Notes: generated by a model from the letters alone, not told the origin. DNA of 64,000 nucleotides from an uncultured Chloroflexia bacterium (GCA_963821595.1 CAWGEL010000031.1:38656-102655), one strand, 5' to 3'. Shown: positions 1-10,072, numbered from the stretch's first letter. A program made the numbers and translations.

Positions 1-431
1 AGCCCGGCGCGCGCCAGGGCTCGGGCCGCGGGAATGCCGGCCAGGAACGCCAGGGCCATGATCGCCAGGGCGTGGCCCGCCCAATCCAGCCAGCCTGGAG
101 CCGCGGCGCCCGTGACCGCGACGGCGACCGAGCCGCCAAGGGTTGCCGTGACAGTCCCGAGCCACAGGCCCATGGCGGCGCTCGGGCCGGCGACGGCTGC
201 CCCGATCACGCCGAGGGCGACCCACCACGCCACCAGGCCGAACGCGGTCAGGCCGTTCGTTGGCGGCAGGACCGAGCCCGGCAGGAGGGCGGGCAGCCAC
301 CATGCCGCCGCGATGGACGCGACGACCACCAGCGGCCTGCCCAGGGGCAACGCGGGCCGCGCCTCGAGGTTCGCCGCGACGTCGCGGTCGGCCCCGGTGC
401 GCGGTGTACCATCGCCGCCATGCTCGATCAC
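1..431 (-). CDS. integral membrane protein; its C-terminal part runs off the left window edge
   Basis: The minus-strand frame is open from the edge up to GTG 431..429 (alternative TTG 350). The translation ...RPLVVVASIAAAWWLPALL...FGLVAWWVALGVIGAAVAG...HALAIMALAFLAGI is a run of hydrophobic helices with G/C third positions. It is absent from the ORF track because there is no stop inside the window. Confidence 0.5.
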   Translation of the reverse strand, partial: MIEHGGDGTPRTGADRDVAANLEARPALPLGRPLVVVASIAAAWWLPALLPGSVLPPTNGLTAFGLVAWWVALGVIGAAVAGPSAAMGLWLGTVTATLGGSVAVAVTGAAAPGWLDWAGHALAIMALAFLAGIPAARALARAG

Positions 432-1024
432 GAAGAGAAGTTCCTGTTCAAGGAGGAGATCATCCACCTCGCGAATGCGATGGCGGATTTGCCGTACTCG
501 ACAACGTCGAGGATCTCCTGACTGACACGATCACCAGCCCGCGCTTCGATTCGGAGGTGTTCACGCTGGAGCGGTCGCTCCAGGTGATGCTCGGCGCCCG
601 CGCCGGCAGCACGCTCGTCGGCCTGCTTACTGTGGCACCCGAAGTCTTCGAAGAAGTGGCCGAAGTGCGCATCCCGCCCGAGGTCCACGAGCGCCTGGTC
701 GCGTGGCGAGCTCGGTTCGGACTGGCCATCGACAACGCCCTCAACTTCCTGAACAACCCCGACGGGATCCAGGGGCACAGCTTCGCGACCCAGATCGCCC
801 ACATCGAGGACCGCCGCGTCCTCCAGGGCCGTCTCACCATGGTGCGCTACAACAACGAGCCGCAGTTCTTCGTCGCCGATGCCGGCGTGTTCCTCGGCCT
901 CGTCAGCGACGTGCTGGAGCGGCTCGGCCCGTATCTCGAGCCGGACGCGGTCGAAGCGGAGACCGTGTCGCGGCTCCGGGAGGCGATCGCCCAGGTCGAG
1001 CGCAAGACGGCGCCGCGCGGCTAG
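420..1024 (+). CDS. hypothetical protein (about 200 aa); reading frame interrupted near 488
   Basis: ATG 420 gives MLDHEEKFLFKEEIIHLANAMAD with high GC3 and stops at 521. From about 488 the GC3-rich frame is the 260..1024 ORF (FAVLDNVEDLLTDTITSPRF...QVERKTAPRG). Upstream of 488 that second frame is low in GC3 and Arg/Pro-rich. The two are joined by a -1 jump. Confidence 0.55.
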
Positions 1025-1028
1025 GTTC

Positions 1029-1155
1029 GCGACCGCAAGACCACTGACGGTGGTCCTCCGGCCGTCCGCGACCAGGAGGTCTGGCAGCGGTGGTTGCCGG
1101 CCGCCCGCGACCGCAAGACCGCTGACGGTGGTCCTCCGGCCGTCCGCGACCAGGA
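1029..1155. repeat. two 49-nt direct repeats (1 mismatch) spaced 78 nt apart, each containing a small hairpin
   Basis: gcgaccgcaagacc[a/g]ctgacggtggtcctccggccgtccgcgaccagga occurs at 1029-1077 and 1107-1155. Each copy contains gaccac-tgacg-gtggtc, a 6-bp stem. Confidence 0.8.
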
Positions 1156-1437
1156 TGCTTGGTCCGCCCGAACGTGGACTCGCGGCGAATCGCGGGATCC
1201 GCCGTGACCGGCACGCTCAGGCCAGCTGCCTGCGACCAGCCTCCCTGGTAGCGCGTGGTCGCGGGAGGCAGCCGCCCGCCGATCGTCATCGGAACCGACG
1301 AGGATCCCTTGAGTCGAGCCACGAGCCGGCGGCGCACGCGCGGGCGCGGGCGAGCAGCCGCCCGGCCCCGGCGTCGCGGACGCCGACGCCGCACCCAAGC
1401 GGCGCCGCGCCCGAACCGGCGGCTAGACTCCCCCCTG

Positions 1438-2565
1438 ATGCGCCATCTCTACCTCGCCGCCACCGGCCAGAACCGTGGCAAGACCACGGCCGCCATGGGC
1501 CTGCTCAACGGCTTCCTGGCGGCCGGCCTCCGCACCGGCTTCACGAAGCCGGTCGGCCAGCGTACGGTCGTGGACGCATCCGGGATCCCGGCCGACGAGG
1601 ACGCTGTCCTCATGAAGGCCGTGTTCGACCTGCCGGAACCCCTGTCGATCATGAGCCCGGTCCACATTCCGCGCGGCTTCACGAAGTCGTACATCGCCGG
1701 TGAGGTCGTCGAGGACCTCGCGGCCCGGATCTCGGCCGCCCATACCGTCGTCGCCGGGTCCAAGGACGTCGTCCTCGTCGAGGGGACCGGGCATGCCGGC
1801 GTCGGTGCGGTGATCGGGCTCTCCAACGCCGTCGTCGCGCGGCTGCTGCGGGCGCCGGCCGTCATCGTCAGCGAGGGCGGCATCGGCCGGCCGATCGACG
1901 AGATCGTGCTCAACGCGGCGCTCTTCGAGCGCCACGGCGTTCACGTCGCCGGCGCGATCGTGAACAAGGTGGACGTGGAGGCGCAGCCCGGGATCGCCAG
2001 GATCCTGGAGCGGGGACTGGCGCCGTACGGTATTCCCCTGCTCGGCATGATCCCGTACCACTCGATCCTGTCGAACCCGAGCCTGGCCATGGTCCTCGAG
2101 GGTACCCACGCCGAGCTCGTCCATCCCGGTCCGGACCTCGAGGCGGTGATCGGAGGGACCAGCGTCGCCGCAGCCGAGCCACACCACGTGCTGCAGCAGG
2201 TACGGCGGCGCCAGCTCGTCATCGTCGCCGGCGACCGCGAGGACGTGATCGTCGCTTTGGCCCGGGCGCACCGGGCCGAGATCCGCCGGCCGGCGTTCCT
2301 CCGGGGCGACACCGAGCCGTCGATCCTCGGCTTCGTCCTCTCGGCCTACAGGCCTCGCGACGTCGTCATCGACGAGATCCGGCGGGCCGAGCTGTTCGCC
2401 TGCTTCCTCGAGGAGGAGTCATACGAGGTCGCATCCGACGTGCACGACCTCCTCGTCAAGACCCACGCGGCCGACCGCGAGAAGATCGCCACCATCAAGG
2501 CCGTGGTGGGAGCGTCGCTCGACACGGAGCGGTTCCTCGCGGCAGCGCGCGCCTACCGGCCCTGA
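1438..2565 (+). CDS. stand-alone Pta N-terminal-like protein (BioD/CobQ-like P-loop domain plus DRTGG-like domain)
   Basis: Starts [23 protein letters not shown] (P-loop), then [24 protein letters not shown] and [15 protein letters not shown]. This resembles the N-terminal half of long phosphate acetyltransferases, but no PTA_PTB catalytic half follows. ATG 1438 is in frame within the 1255..2565 ORF. Confidence 0.6.
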   Translation: MRHLYLAATGQNRGKTTAAMGLLNGFLAAGLRTGFTKPVGQRTVVDASGIPADEDAVLMKAVFDLPEPLSIMSPVHIPRGFTKSYIAGEVVEDLAARISAAHTVVAGSKDVVLVEGTGHAGVGAVIGLSNAVVARLLRAPAVIVSEGGIGRPIDEIVLNAALFERHGVHVAGAIVNKVDVEAQPGIARILERGLAPYGIPLLGMIPYHSILSNPSLAMVLEGTHAELVHPGPDLEAVIGGTSVAAAEPHHVLQQVRRRQLVIVAGDREDVIVALARAHRAEIRRPAFLRGDTEPSILGFVLSAYRPRDVVIDEIRRAELFACFLEEESYEVASDVHDLLVKTHAADREKIATIKAVVGASLDTERFLAAARAYRP

Positions 2566-2676
2566 CCGTCGGGCCCGCGATCGGGGATCCCGGTGGCGCG
2601 TTCGCGGCTGCGGCTGCGGCGCGCGAGCGCGACCGCGGCATTGCGGCGCGCGTTCGCGACTGCGGCGCGCCGGCGG

Positions 2677-3672
2677 CTACGCCTGCGCGGTCGGAACGAT
2701 CGAGCCCGCGCTCGGCGGCGAGCCAACCGGGCCGCGGCGCCGCGCGCGGCGGACCAGCAGGAAGACGATGACGAGCACGAACAGCCCGACCACCAGGATG
2801 GGCAGGCCGACGATGCCGAGCCAGATGCCGGCATTCGCCAGGCCCTGGCCGATCGCGACGAGCGTGGCCGCCGCGCGGTCGACCTCTGACCCCGGATCCC
2901 AGCCCGAGGTGACGCGGGTCACCTCGACGGGCGGCAGGCTGTACGTCACCGACAGCGTCCCCATCGCGGCCTGCTTCTCCAGCGTCTGCTTCTGGGCGGT
3001 GAGCTGCTCGATCTGGCCCTGGACGCTGGTGAGCTGCTCCTGGATCGAGAGGATGTCGGGGATCTTGGTGGCCTTCGCCATGATTCCCTGGAGCGCCTGC
3101 TCGGTAGCCCGCAGGTTGTCGATCCGTGCGCCGAGGTCCACGACCTGGCTGGTGACCTCGTCGGACGAGGTCTTGATCGAGAGAACCTTCGCGGCGGCCT
3201 TCTCGACGGCCGCCACCGCGTCGTCCCAGCGGTTCGCCGGGACCCGGTAGGTGATCGTCGCCGTCGCCTGCTCGTCGGTGCCGTCGCGCTGCGACGCTGC
3301 GACGTAGCCGCCCAGGCCGCGGACGGCCGCGCCCGCGCTGGCGAGCGCCGCGTCGAGATCGGCGACCTGGACGGAGGCCTGGCCGGTGTAGACGATGAGC
3401 TGGCCGTCCGTCAGGCTGCCGTCGGTGGCTGCCTGGCCGTTCAACGTGTCGCCGCCGGAAGTCGACGATCTGCTCGGGCCGGCCTCGGCGCCGCTCGGAG
3501 CGAGCGCGGCACCGAACGCCGCGGCAGCCGAGGCGGCCGCGGACGGGTACGGGCCGGCCGGCGTGAGCGACGCCGCCGAACTGCACGCCGCCACGACGAT
3601 GGCGAGCAGGGCCAGCGCCGCGACGATGACGTGCGGGCGGCTGCCGCGACTCGTGGATCGATGACCGGACAT
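2677..3672 (-). CDS. DUF4349-like lipoprotein with a C-terminal membrane anchor
   Basis: MSGHRS...[16 protein letters not shown] has a lipobox. A central coiled-coil-like segment follows ([14 protein letters not shown]...[14 protein letters not shown]), then a terminal hydrophobic helix and an RRARRR tail. This pattern is typical of DUF4349 (from memory). Confidence 0.6.
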   Translation of the reverse strand: MSGHRSTSRGSRPHVIVAALALLAIVVAACSSAASLTPAGPYPSAAASAAAAFGAALAPSGAEAGPSRSSTSGGDTLNGQAATDGSLTDGQLIVYTGQASVQVADLDAALASAGAAVRGLGGYVAASQRDGTDEQATATITYRVPANRWDDAVAAVEKAAAKVLSIKTSSDEVTSQVVDLGARIDNLRATEQALQGIMAKATKIPDILSIQEQLTSVQGQIEQLTAQKQTLEKQAAMGTLSVTYSLPPVEVTRVTSGWDPGSEVDRAAATLVAIGQGLANAGIWLGIVGLPILVVGLFVLVIVFLLVRRARRRGPVGSPPSAGSIVPTAQA

Positions 3673-3882
3673 GGTCGGGACCTCGACTGGTGGCGGGCGG
3701 TCGGGTCGGCCGCATCTCGGCCCCACGACGCGGGATCGGCCGGCGGGGTTCCGCGACGGCGGCTGCGGCGCGAGGCGCCGCGCCGTCGAGCCGGCAGGTC
3801 GCCGCGCCTCCGGTGGCGGCAGTGTCGGCCTCCTGCGGCGCCCGGCCCCCTCCCGGCGCCCGGCCCACCTCCGGCGCCGATG

Positions 3883-4714
3883 TCAGCTCAGCTCGACGTT
3901 GTCGATCAGGCGCGTGGACCCGAAGCGCGCCGCCAGCGAGAGCAGCGCCGGCCCGGCGATCGTCTCCAGTTCGGCGAGCGTTTCGCCGTCGGCGACCGAC
4001 ACGTAGTCGACCGCCGCCCTCGGCTCCGTCGCCAGCACCGCCTGGACGGCCGTCCGGATGGCCGTCGCGTCCGTCTCGCCGGACCGCCACAGCTCGCGGC
4101 CCGCCTGCAGCGCCCGGTACAGGACGGCGGCCGCGGCTCGGTCGGCCGCAGCCAGGTGGACGTTGCGGGAGCTCATCGCCAGGCCATCGGCCTCGCGCAC
4201 CGTCGGGCAGGCGATCACCTCCGCGAGACCAAGGTCGACGGCCATCCGCCGGATCACGCAGCAGTTGCTGGGCATCCTTCGCGCCGAAATAGGCGCGGTC
4301 GGGCCGGACCAGCCCCAGGAGGACTGCCACGACCGTGGCCACGCCGGCGAAGTGGCCCGGGCGGGCCGCGCCCTCGAGCGGGCCCGCGACGCTGCCGACG
4401 GACACCGTCGTGTCGAAGCCCGGCCCGTAGACATCGTCCACGCCGGGGGCCCAGACAAGGTCGGCTCCGGCACGGGCGCAGATCGCCAGGTCGCGGGCCT
4501 CGTCCCGGGGATAGGCGGCGAGGTCCTCGGGGCGGTTGAACTGGCGCGGGTTGACGAAGATGGAGACGGCGACCGTGGCGGACTCTGATCTGGCCCGTCG
4601 GACGAGCGAGACGTGGCCCTCGTGCAGCCAGCCCATCGTCGGGACCAGGCCAATCGGCCGGGGTGCGCGGTCGAGCGCGCGGCGCAGCTCGGCGCGGCTG
4701 CGGGCGACCTCCAC
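3883..4714 (-). CDS. panC: pantoate--beta-alanine ligase; one extra base near 4258 breaks the frame
   Basis: [18 protein letters not shown]...FVNPRQF...[13 protein letters not shown] lies in one frame and [11 protein letters not shown]...[16 protein letters not shown]...[11 protein letters not shown] in the next, joined at CTG CTG c GTG. Start is GTG 4714 (alternative ATG 4759). Confidence 0.85.
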
Positions 4715-4721
4715 GCCGGCG

Positions 4722-5660
4722 CTAGAGATCGCGATCGAGCGGAATCCTGAGCCCGGCATCGGCCGCGCGGCCGGGCTCGCCCGAGGTCGTCGACCGATCG
4801 AGCTCGCTCCGGCCCAGGACTTCGTCGAGGACATCGTCGTCCATGCGCGTCGACTCGGCCGGGCCGGGGAACGTGCCCGCTTCCACGTCGGCTCGGTACG
4901 CTGCCACCGCGTCGCGGATGACGCCGCGAACGTCCGCGTACGCCCTGGCGTGACGCGGCCGGAAGTCGCCAAGGCCGATGGCGTCGGTGATCACCTGGAC
5001 CTGGCCGCTGCAGCCGGCGCCCGCGCCGATCCCGATCGTCGGGATCCGGAGGCGCGACGTGATGGTGGCCGCCAATTGCTCGGGGACGAGCTCGAGGACC
5101 ACCCCGAACGCGCCCGCCTCCTGGACCGCCAGCGCGTCGTGGAGCAGGGCCCGGGCCGCCTCGCGGCTCTTGCCCTGCACGCGCACCCGACCGAGCGCGT
5201 TGATCGCCTGCGGCGTCAGGCCGATGTGGGACATGACCGGGATGCCGGCCCGCACCAGGGTGTCGATGACGCGGGCGGTACGCACGCCCCCCTCGACCTT
5301 GACGGCCTGCGCGCCGGCCTCCTGGAGGAACCGCCCAGCGTTGCGGAGCGCGTCCTCGGGCGTGGCGTAGGACAGGAACGGCATGTCGCCGATGACCATC
5401 GCCCGGCGCGTCCCGCGGGCGACCGCGGCGGTGTGATGGAGCATCTCCTCCATCGTCACCTGGACCGTGGTCTCGTAGCCCAGCATCACCTGGCCCAGGG
5501 AGTCGCCGACGAGGATCATCGGGATGCCCGCTTCGTCGACGATCCTTGCCGTTGGGTGGTCGTACGCGGTCAGCATCGCGATCCGCACGCCATCCGCGTG
5601 CATCCGCGCGACGTCGACGACGGTGACGCGGCGGGTCGCGTCGGAGGGAGTTGCGCTCAC
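4722..5660 (-). CDS. panB: 3-methyl-2-oxobutanoate hydroxymethyltransferase
   Basis: Contains [37 protein letters not shown]...[10 protein letters not shown]...[11 protein letters not shown]...IGIGAG. The GTG start at 5660 overlaps the coaBC stop (GTGA). The frame is intact. Confidence 0.9.
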   Translation of the reverse strand: MSATPSDATRRVTVVDVARMHADGVRIAMLTAYDHPTARIVDEAGIPMILVGDSLGQVMLGYETTVQVTMEEMLHHTAAVARGTRRAMVIGDMPFLSYATPEDALRNAGRFLQEAGAQAVKVEGGVRTARVIDTLVRAGIPVMSHIGLTPQAINALGRVRVQGKSREAARALLHDALAVQEAGAFGVVLELVPEQLAATITSRLRIPTIGIGAGAGCSGQVQVITDAIGLGDFRPRHARAYADVRGVIRDAVAAYRADVEAGTFPGPAESTRMDDDVLDEVLGRSELDRSTTSGEPGRAADAGLRIPLDRDL

Positions 5661-7065
5661 GGGACCAGGGTCTCCTCGGCGGTGTCGACCGAGCCAGTGT
5701 GCGCCGGCCCGTCGCGCTCGTCCAGCAGGCGGACAACCCGGTCCAGGATGCGCTCCGCGGCAGCCCGCTTGGGCAGGAGGGGCAGGGCCTCCTGGGCGCC
5801 CGTCGGCCCGAGGATCGTGATCCGGTTCGTGGGCGACCCGAAGCCCGATCCCGCTTCGGCGACATCGTTGGCCACGAGGAGGTCGACGCGCTTGGCCCGG
5901 AGCTTGTCGGCGGCCCGGCCCAGGTTGCCGGTCTCCGCCGCAAAGCCCACCAGCACCGGCCGCGGCGACGAGCGGCGTTCGCCGCCTGGTCGCCGTGCTC
6001 GTCGAGCCCGAGCGACCGTGCGGGCGAGCTCGGCGAGGATGTCCGGGTTCGGCACCAGGTGCAGGTCCAGGCCGGCGTCCGTTCGCGGGAGCTTTCGGTC
6101 GGCGGGCGACGACGGACGGAAGTCCGCCACCGCAGCGGCCATGACCAGGACGTCGAAGCCCGGGCGGCCGTCGGCGCGACGGAGGAGCCGGTGCAGCGCC
6201 GCTCGCATGGCGGCCGCGGTCTCCGCCCGCACCACCTCCACGTCGCGCGGCGCCGGGACGCTCAGCGTGCCCGCGATCAGCGTGACGCGGGCGCCGCGAT
6301 CGCGGGCGGCCTCGGCCACGGCGATGCCCATGCGACCGCTGCTGCGGTTGCCGATGAACCGGACCGGGTCGATCGGCTCGGCCGTCCCGCCGGCGGTCAC
6401 GACGACGTGGCGGCCGGCCAGGTCGTCCGCGTCCCGGGCGAGATCTCCGGCCTCTTCGTCGGTCAGGCGAGGGGGACGCGATGGCGGGGTCCGGCGCCCG
6501 GACCGGGCGCCCTCCGATCGCCGCGACGACGGCGTCGACGATGGCGGGAAGCTCGGCCAGCCGGCCGATGCCCACCTGGCCCGAGGCGAGCGCGCCGGTT
6601 CCCGGCTCCACGATCCGCGTAGCCGAAGTCGTCGCGCAGCCGGGCGACGTTGGCCTGGGTCGCCGGGTGGGCGTACATGTCGCCGTCCATCGCGGGCGCG
6701 ACCACGACGGGCGCCGCGGTGGCCAGGCAGGTGGCGGTCACGACGTCCGCCGCGAGGCCGTTGGCCATCGCGCCCAGCCAGTGGGCGGTGGCCGGGGCCA
6801 CCAGGATCGCGTCGGCCGTGTCGCCGGTGACGACGTGGCCGATGCGCCCGTCGGGCAGCAGGTCGAGCACGTCGAGGTCGACGCGGTGGCGGGAGAGCGC
6901 GGCCAGCGTGAGCGGGGCGACGAAGTGCGCCGCCGACGGCGTGAGCAGGACCTGGACGTCGGCTCCTTCGATCCGCAGCAGGCGCAGCAGGTCCACGGCC
7001 TTGAAGGCGGCGATCGAACCGGTGACGCCAAGGCCGATGAGGCGGCCGGCCAGCCGTTCGCTCAT
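5657..7065 (-). CDS. coaBC: bifunctional phosphopantothenoylcysteine decarboxylase / phosphopantothenate--cysteine ligase; two frame jumps (about 6615 and about 6470-6500)
   Basis: MSERLAGRLIGLGVTGSIAAFKA...APAMDGDMYAHPATQANVARLRDDFGY is followed in a second frame by IVEPGTGALASGQVGIGRLAE. A third frame then gives GRHVVVTAGGTAEPIDPVRFIGNRSSGRMG...VMAAAVADFRP...LVGFAAET. Confidence 0.85.
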
Positions 7066-7916
7066 GCCGGCGTCCCGACCGCGGTGGGCCCGCCGGACGC
7101 GCCGTCGTCGCCCGCCGGCCGGCTCGCCGGCCACCGACAGGTGGAAGGCGATGAGCCCGCGCAGGGTCAGGTCCGGATCCACCACGTCGATGCCCTCCAC
7201 GGTGCGCGCCCAGGGCAGCGCGGCCAGGCCGCCGGTCAGCACGGCCGGGATCCGGCGGCCCGCGGCGTTCCAGCCGGCCGTCGCGGCGAGTTCGGCCCGC
7301 GCGCGGGCCACGAGGCCCTCCACGAGGATCCGGTGGCCGAGGACGGTGCCCGCCCGGATCGCCGATGCGGTGTCCCGCCCGATCGCGGCATCCTGCGGCC
7401 GGGCGTCCACGCGTGGCAGCCGCGCCGTCCCGGCCGCCAGCGCCTCCATGCCCATGAGCATCCCGGGCGCGATCGCGCCGCCGACGAACGCGCCGCTCGC
7501 GTCGACCGCGTCGACCGTCGTGGCCGTGCCGCAGTCGACCACCACGACCGGGGCGCCGTGGAGGCGGGCCGCGGCATACGCGTTCACGAGCCGGTCCGGG
7601 CCCACGTCGCCGGGCCGGTCGACCCGGACCGGCAGCGGCAGCGTGCCGGCTCCGGCGACCAGGCAGGGGATGCCGCGACGCCCGGCGACCAGCTCGATCG
7701 CGGTGGCCACCGCGGGCACGCTGCTGGCGAGCGCGATGGCCCGCACCCGGGCAAGGTCGAGGCCGTCGAGCGCGAGCAGCGCGGCCAGCAGAGACCTCGA
7801 TGTCGTCGGGAGTCGCGCGCGGGATCGGTCGCCGCACGCCGGCTGGCCACGAGGTGGCCGTCGCGCGCGACGCCAAGGTGGACGTTCGAGTTGCCGGCCG
7901 AGATCGCGAGGAGCAT
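7062..7916 (-). CDS. coaX: type III pantothenate kinase; about three frame jumps (about 7814, 7792, 7115)
   Basis: MLLAISAGNSNVHLGVARDGHLV...RRAATDPAR, TPDDIEV and LLAALLALDGLDL...VVVDCGTATTVDAV...GGAIAPG...AIRAGT... lie in successive frames. The GC3-rich tail ...AGDDGASGGPTAVGTPA ends in a TGA that overlaps the coaBC ATG. Confidence 0.8.
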
Positions 7917-8042
7917 CCCCGGGATGATAGGCCGCCGCGCGGCGCGCGGTGGCCGCCGCCGAACGACTCCGAATCGCAACTCGCGCCGGCTCCCCGAAAG
8001 GGTCCCCGCCTGCGCTACCATCCGCCATGGGTGCGGCCCGGC

Positions 8043-8090
8043 GGCGGCCCGGCCCGACGGCGGCCCGGCCCGACGGCGGTCCGGCCCGAC
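8043..8090. repeat. 16-nt tandem repeat x3 in the coaX / hypothetical-gene divergent intergenic region
   Basis: ggcggcccggcccgac occurs three times in a row (the third copy has one change). Confidence 0.8.
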
Positions 8091-8122
8091 GTCCGATCCG
8101 AGGGCCCGGCTGGAGGTGCCCG

Positions 8123-8543
8123 ATGCCGATCTCGACCCCCGCCAAGTTCTTCGTCAATAGCGGCATCGTGTCGTCGCGGCCCGACATCCACAACCTGCTC
8201 CGGCCGCTCCTCAAGCAGACCGTCGCCTATCGCTACTTCCGGGGCCGCGATGCGGTGGCGGCCGGGACCGGGTTCGTCGAGCGGATCGTGATCGACGAGC
8301 CGGAGACGTCGAGCTACTTCACGCCGCTCTCGATCTGCCTCAACGTCGACTCGTTCGAGCATCTCGAGTTCGAGACCCGGCCCGACCAGCTGATCGTCTA
8401 CGGGCTGGTCCAGGGCGACGAGCGGATCGTCCTGGAGTACGCCCCGCTCGGCGACGGCCGGGCCCCAGGTCGGCGAGCAGCTGGCCTTCGACACCGGCGA
8501 GTTCGTGCAGATGGAGCTCCTCGGCCCCGAAGAGCACGCGTAG
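8123..8543 (+). CDS. hypothetical protein (about 139 aa); frame jump near 8468
   Basis: A GGAGGTG RBS lies 5 nt before ATG 8123. The translation MPISTPAKFFVNSGIVSSRPDIHNLLRPLL...IVLEYAPLGDGRAP continues in the +1 frame as VGEQLAFDTGEFVQMELLGPEEHA and ends at TAG 8541-8543. No family recognised. Confidence 0.6.
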
Positions 8544-8566
8544 TCGACTCGCGCCCGGGCGGCCGC

Positions 8567-8745
8567 CGTGCGGCCACGCATCGCCGACGCCCGTGCGGCC
8601 GCGCATCGCCCACGCCCGTGCGGCCGCGCATCGCCCACGCCCGTGCGGCCGCGCATCGCCTGGCGCATCGCGGAGGCCGGCCGCGCATCGCCGACGCCCG
8701 TGCGGCCGCGCATCGCCTGGCGCATCGCGGAGGCCCGCCGCGCCG
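8567..8745. repeat. roughly 25-nt tandem repeat array (no spacers)
   Basis: Units of cgtgcggcc[g/a]cgcatcgcc[g/c]acgcc are repeated. Two longer variants carry an inserted tggcgcatcgcggaggcc. Confidence 0.8.
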
Positions 8746-8761
8746 CCGGCGATCCGCTCGG

Positions 8762-8917
8762 ATTCCCGCCCACTGACGGTTATCCATTCGGGCGAGCCGA
8801 GTGCGGCACCACGCCACGCATCGGTTCGCCCGTCGCACGCTCGTCACGGGACGGTGCTTGCCAGGTCAAGGGCCTCGCGGGCCCAAGGTTCCCGGATAAC
8901 CGTCAAGGCGCGGGAAT
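8762..8917. repeat. imperfect 24-nt inverted repeat pair flanking about 108 nt (MITE-like, or a long hairpin)
   Basis: The left arm is attcccgcccactgacggttatcc (8762-8785). The reverse complement of the right arm (8894-8917) is attcccgcgccttgacggttatcc. An 8-nt block and a 12-nt block pair perfectly. Confidence 0.65.
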
Positions 8918-8964
8918 TTGATCAACTTCGGGCCTGGCGACTCAAGAGCCGCCGGGCAAATCGC

Positions 8965-9090
8965 GCCGCGGCGCGTACACCGCTCCCGACGCGCGTCACG
9001 CCGCTTCCCGCCGCGGCGCGTACACCGCTCGACGCGCGTCACGCCGCTCCCCGCCGCCGCGCGTCACGCCGCGCCCCGCCGCTCCCCGCC
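8965..9090. repeat. roughly 44-nt tandem repeat, two copies plus a partial third
   Basis: gccgcggcgcgtacaccgctc(cc)gacgcgcgtcacgccgct[t/c]ccc occurs twice, followed by a degenerate gccgccgcgcgtcacgccgcg... copy. Confidence 0.7.
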
Positions 9091-9100
9091 GGGTGCAGGC

Positions 9101-10069
9101 TCAGTGGCCCCGCTCGCCCCGCACGTACGGCAGGCCCAGGGCCGCGGGCGCACCGATTCGCTTGCGGATCGCCTCGCGCGACCCGAGGATCAGTACGACG
9201 ATCACGAGCACGTACGGCAGCATGCCCAGGAAGAACGTCAGCGAGTGGACGTCGTGGAACGGGTTGCGCATGCCGAAGAACTCGGCCGGGCCCTGGACGT
9301 CGAGGATGAAGCGGCCGATCGCCCCGAAGAGGAACGCGCCGACTGCTGCCCGCAGCGGTGACCACTGGGCGAAGATGACCAGGCCGATGGCGACCCAGCC
9401 ACGTCCTCCGACGGTCAGGTCGGCGAACCAGCCCGGCTGGATCGCCAGCGTGATCGTCGCCCCGGCCAGGCCCGCCAGGGTGCCGCCCAGCATCACGTAC
9501 GCGTACCGGACGCGGTAGACGTTCACGCCCAGGGAGTCGGCCGCCGTCGGGCTCTCGCCGACCGCCCGTAGGTGGAGGCCCGGCCGGGTCCGGTTGATCC
9601 AGTACCAGGCGGCCGGGATCAGCAGCAGCCCCAGGTACACCATGACGCTCTGGTCGTGGAAGAAGATCTGGCCGATGACCGGGATCGCGACGAGCCCGGG
9701 GATGTCGAAGTGCGGCAGCAGCGACGTCGCCCCGGCCTTGGACAGGCCTTCGCCCAGCACGCGGGCGAGACCCGTTCCGAGGAGGGTCAGCGACAGTCCC
9801 GACACCACCTGGTCGGCCTGGAAGTGGATCGTGACGATCGCGTGGAGGAGGCTCAGGGCGGCGCCGGCGAGCATCCCCAGCAGCACGCCCAGCCACGGGT
9901 CGCCGGTGGCCACGACGGTCGAGAAGCCGGCCACCGCGCCCATCAGCATCATGCCTTCGACGCCGAGGTTCAGGACGCCGGCCCGCTCCGCGAAGATCTC
10001 GCCAATCGCGGCGAACAGGAGCACCGTCCCGGTGCTCACGCCCGACGCCAGGATGATGATCGGGTCCAT
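9101..10069 (-). CDS. ABC transporter permease (BMP/nucleoside-type, second permease)
   Basis: MDPIIILASGVSTGTVLLFAAIGEIFAERAGVLNLGVEGMMLMGAV is typical of the YufQ/NupQ-like permease family. Polytopic, intact ORF. Confidence 0.85.
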   Translation of the reverse strand: MDPIIILASGVSTGTVLLFAAIGEIFAERAGVLNLGVEGMMLMGAVAGFSTVVATGDPWLGVLLGMLAGAALSLLHAIVTIHFQADQVVSGLSLTLLGTGLARVLGEGLSKAGATSLLPHFDIPGLVAIPVIGQIFFHDQSVMVYLGLLLIPAAWYWINRTRPGLHLRAVGESPTAADSLGVNVYRVRYAYVMLGGTLAGLAGATITLAIQPGWFADLTVGGRGWVAIGLVIFAQWSPLRAAVGAFLFGAIGRFILDVQGPAEFFGMRNPFHDVHSLTFFLGMLPYVLVIVVLILGSREAIRKRIGAPAALGLPYVRGERGH

Positions 10070-10072
10070 GGC

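Noticed and set aside
7062-7140. In-frame CoaX-CoaBC fusion, as the raw ORF 6463..8214 suggests
   Set aside because: The would-be linker (GGRRRRVRRAHRGRDAG) is low in GC3. The +1 frame is GC3-rich and ends in a TGA overlapping the coaBC ATG, which is the coupling pattern used throughout this window.
8567-8745. Possible CRISPR array (regular short GC-rich repeats)
   Set aside because: The units are directly adjacent with no unique spacers. The period is about 25 nt and no cas genes are nearby, so it is a plain tandem repeat.
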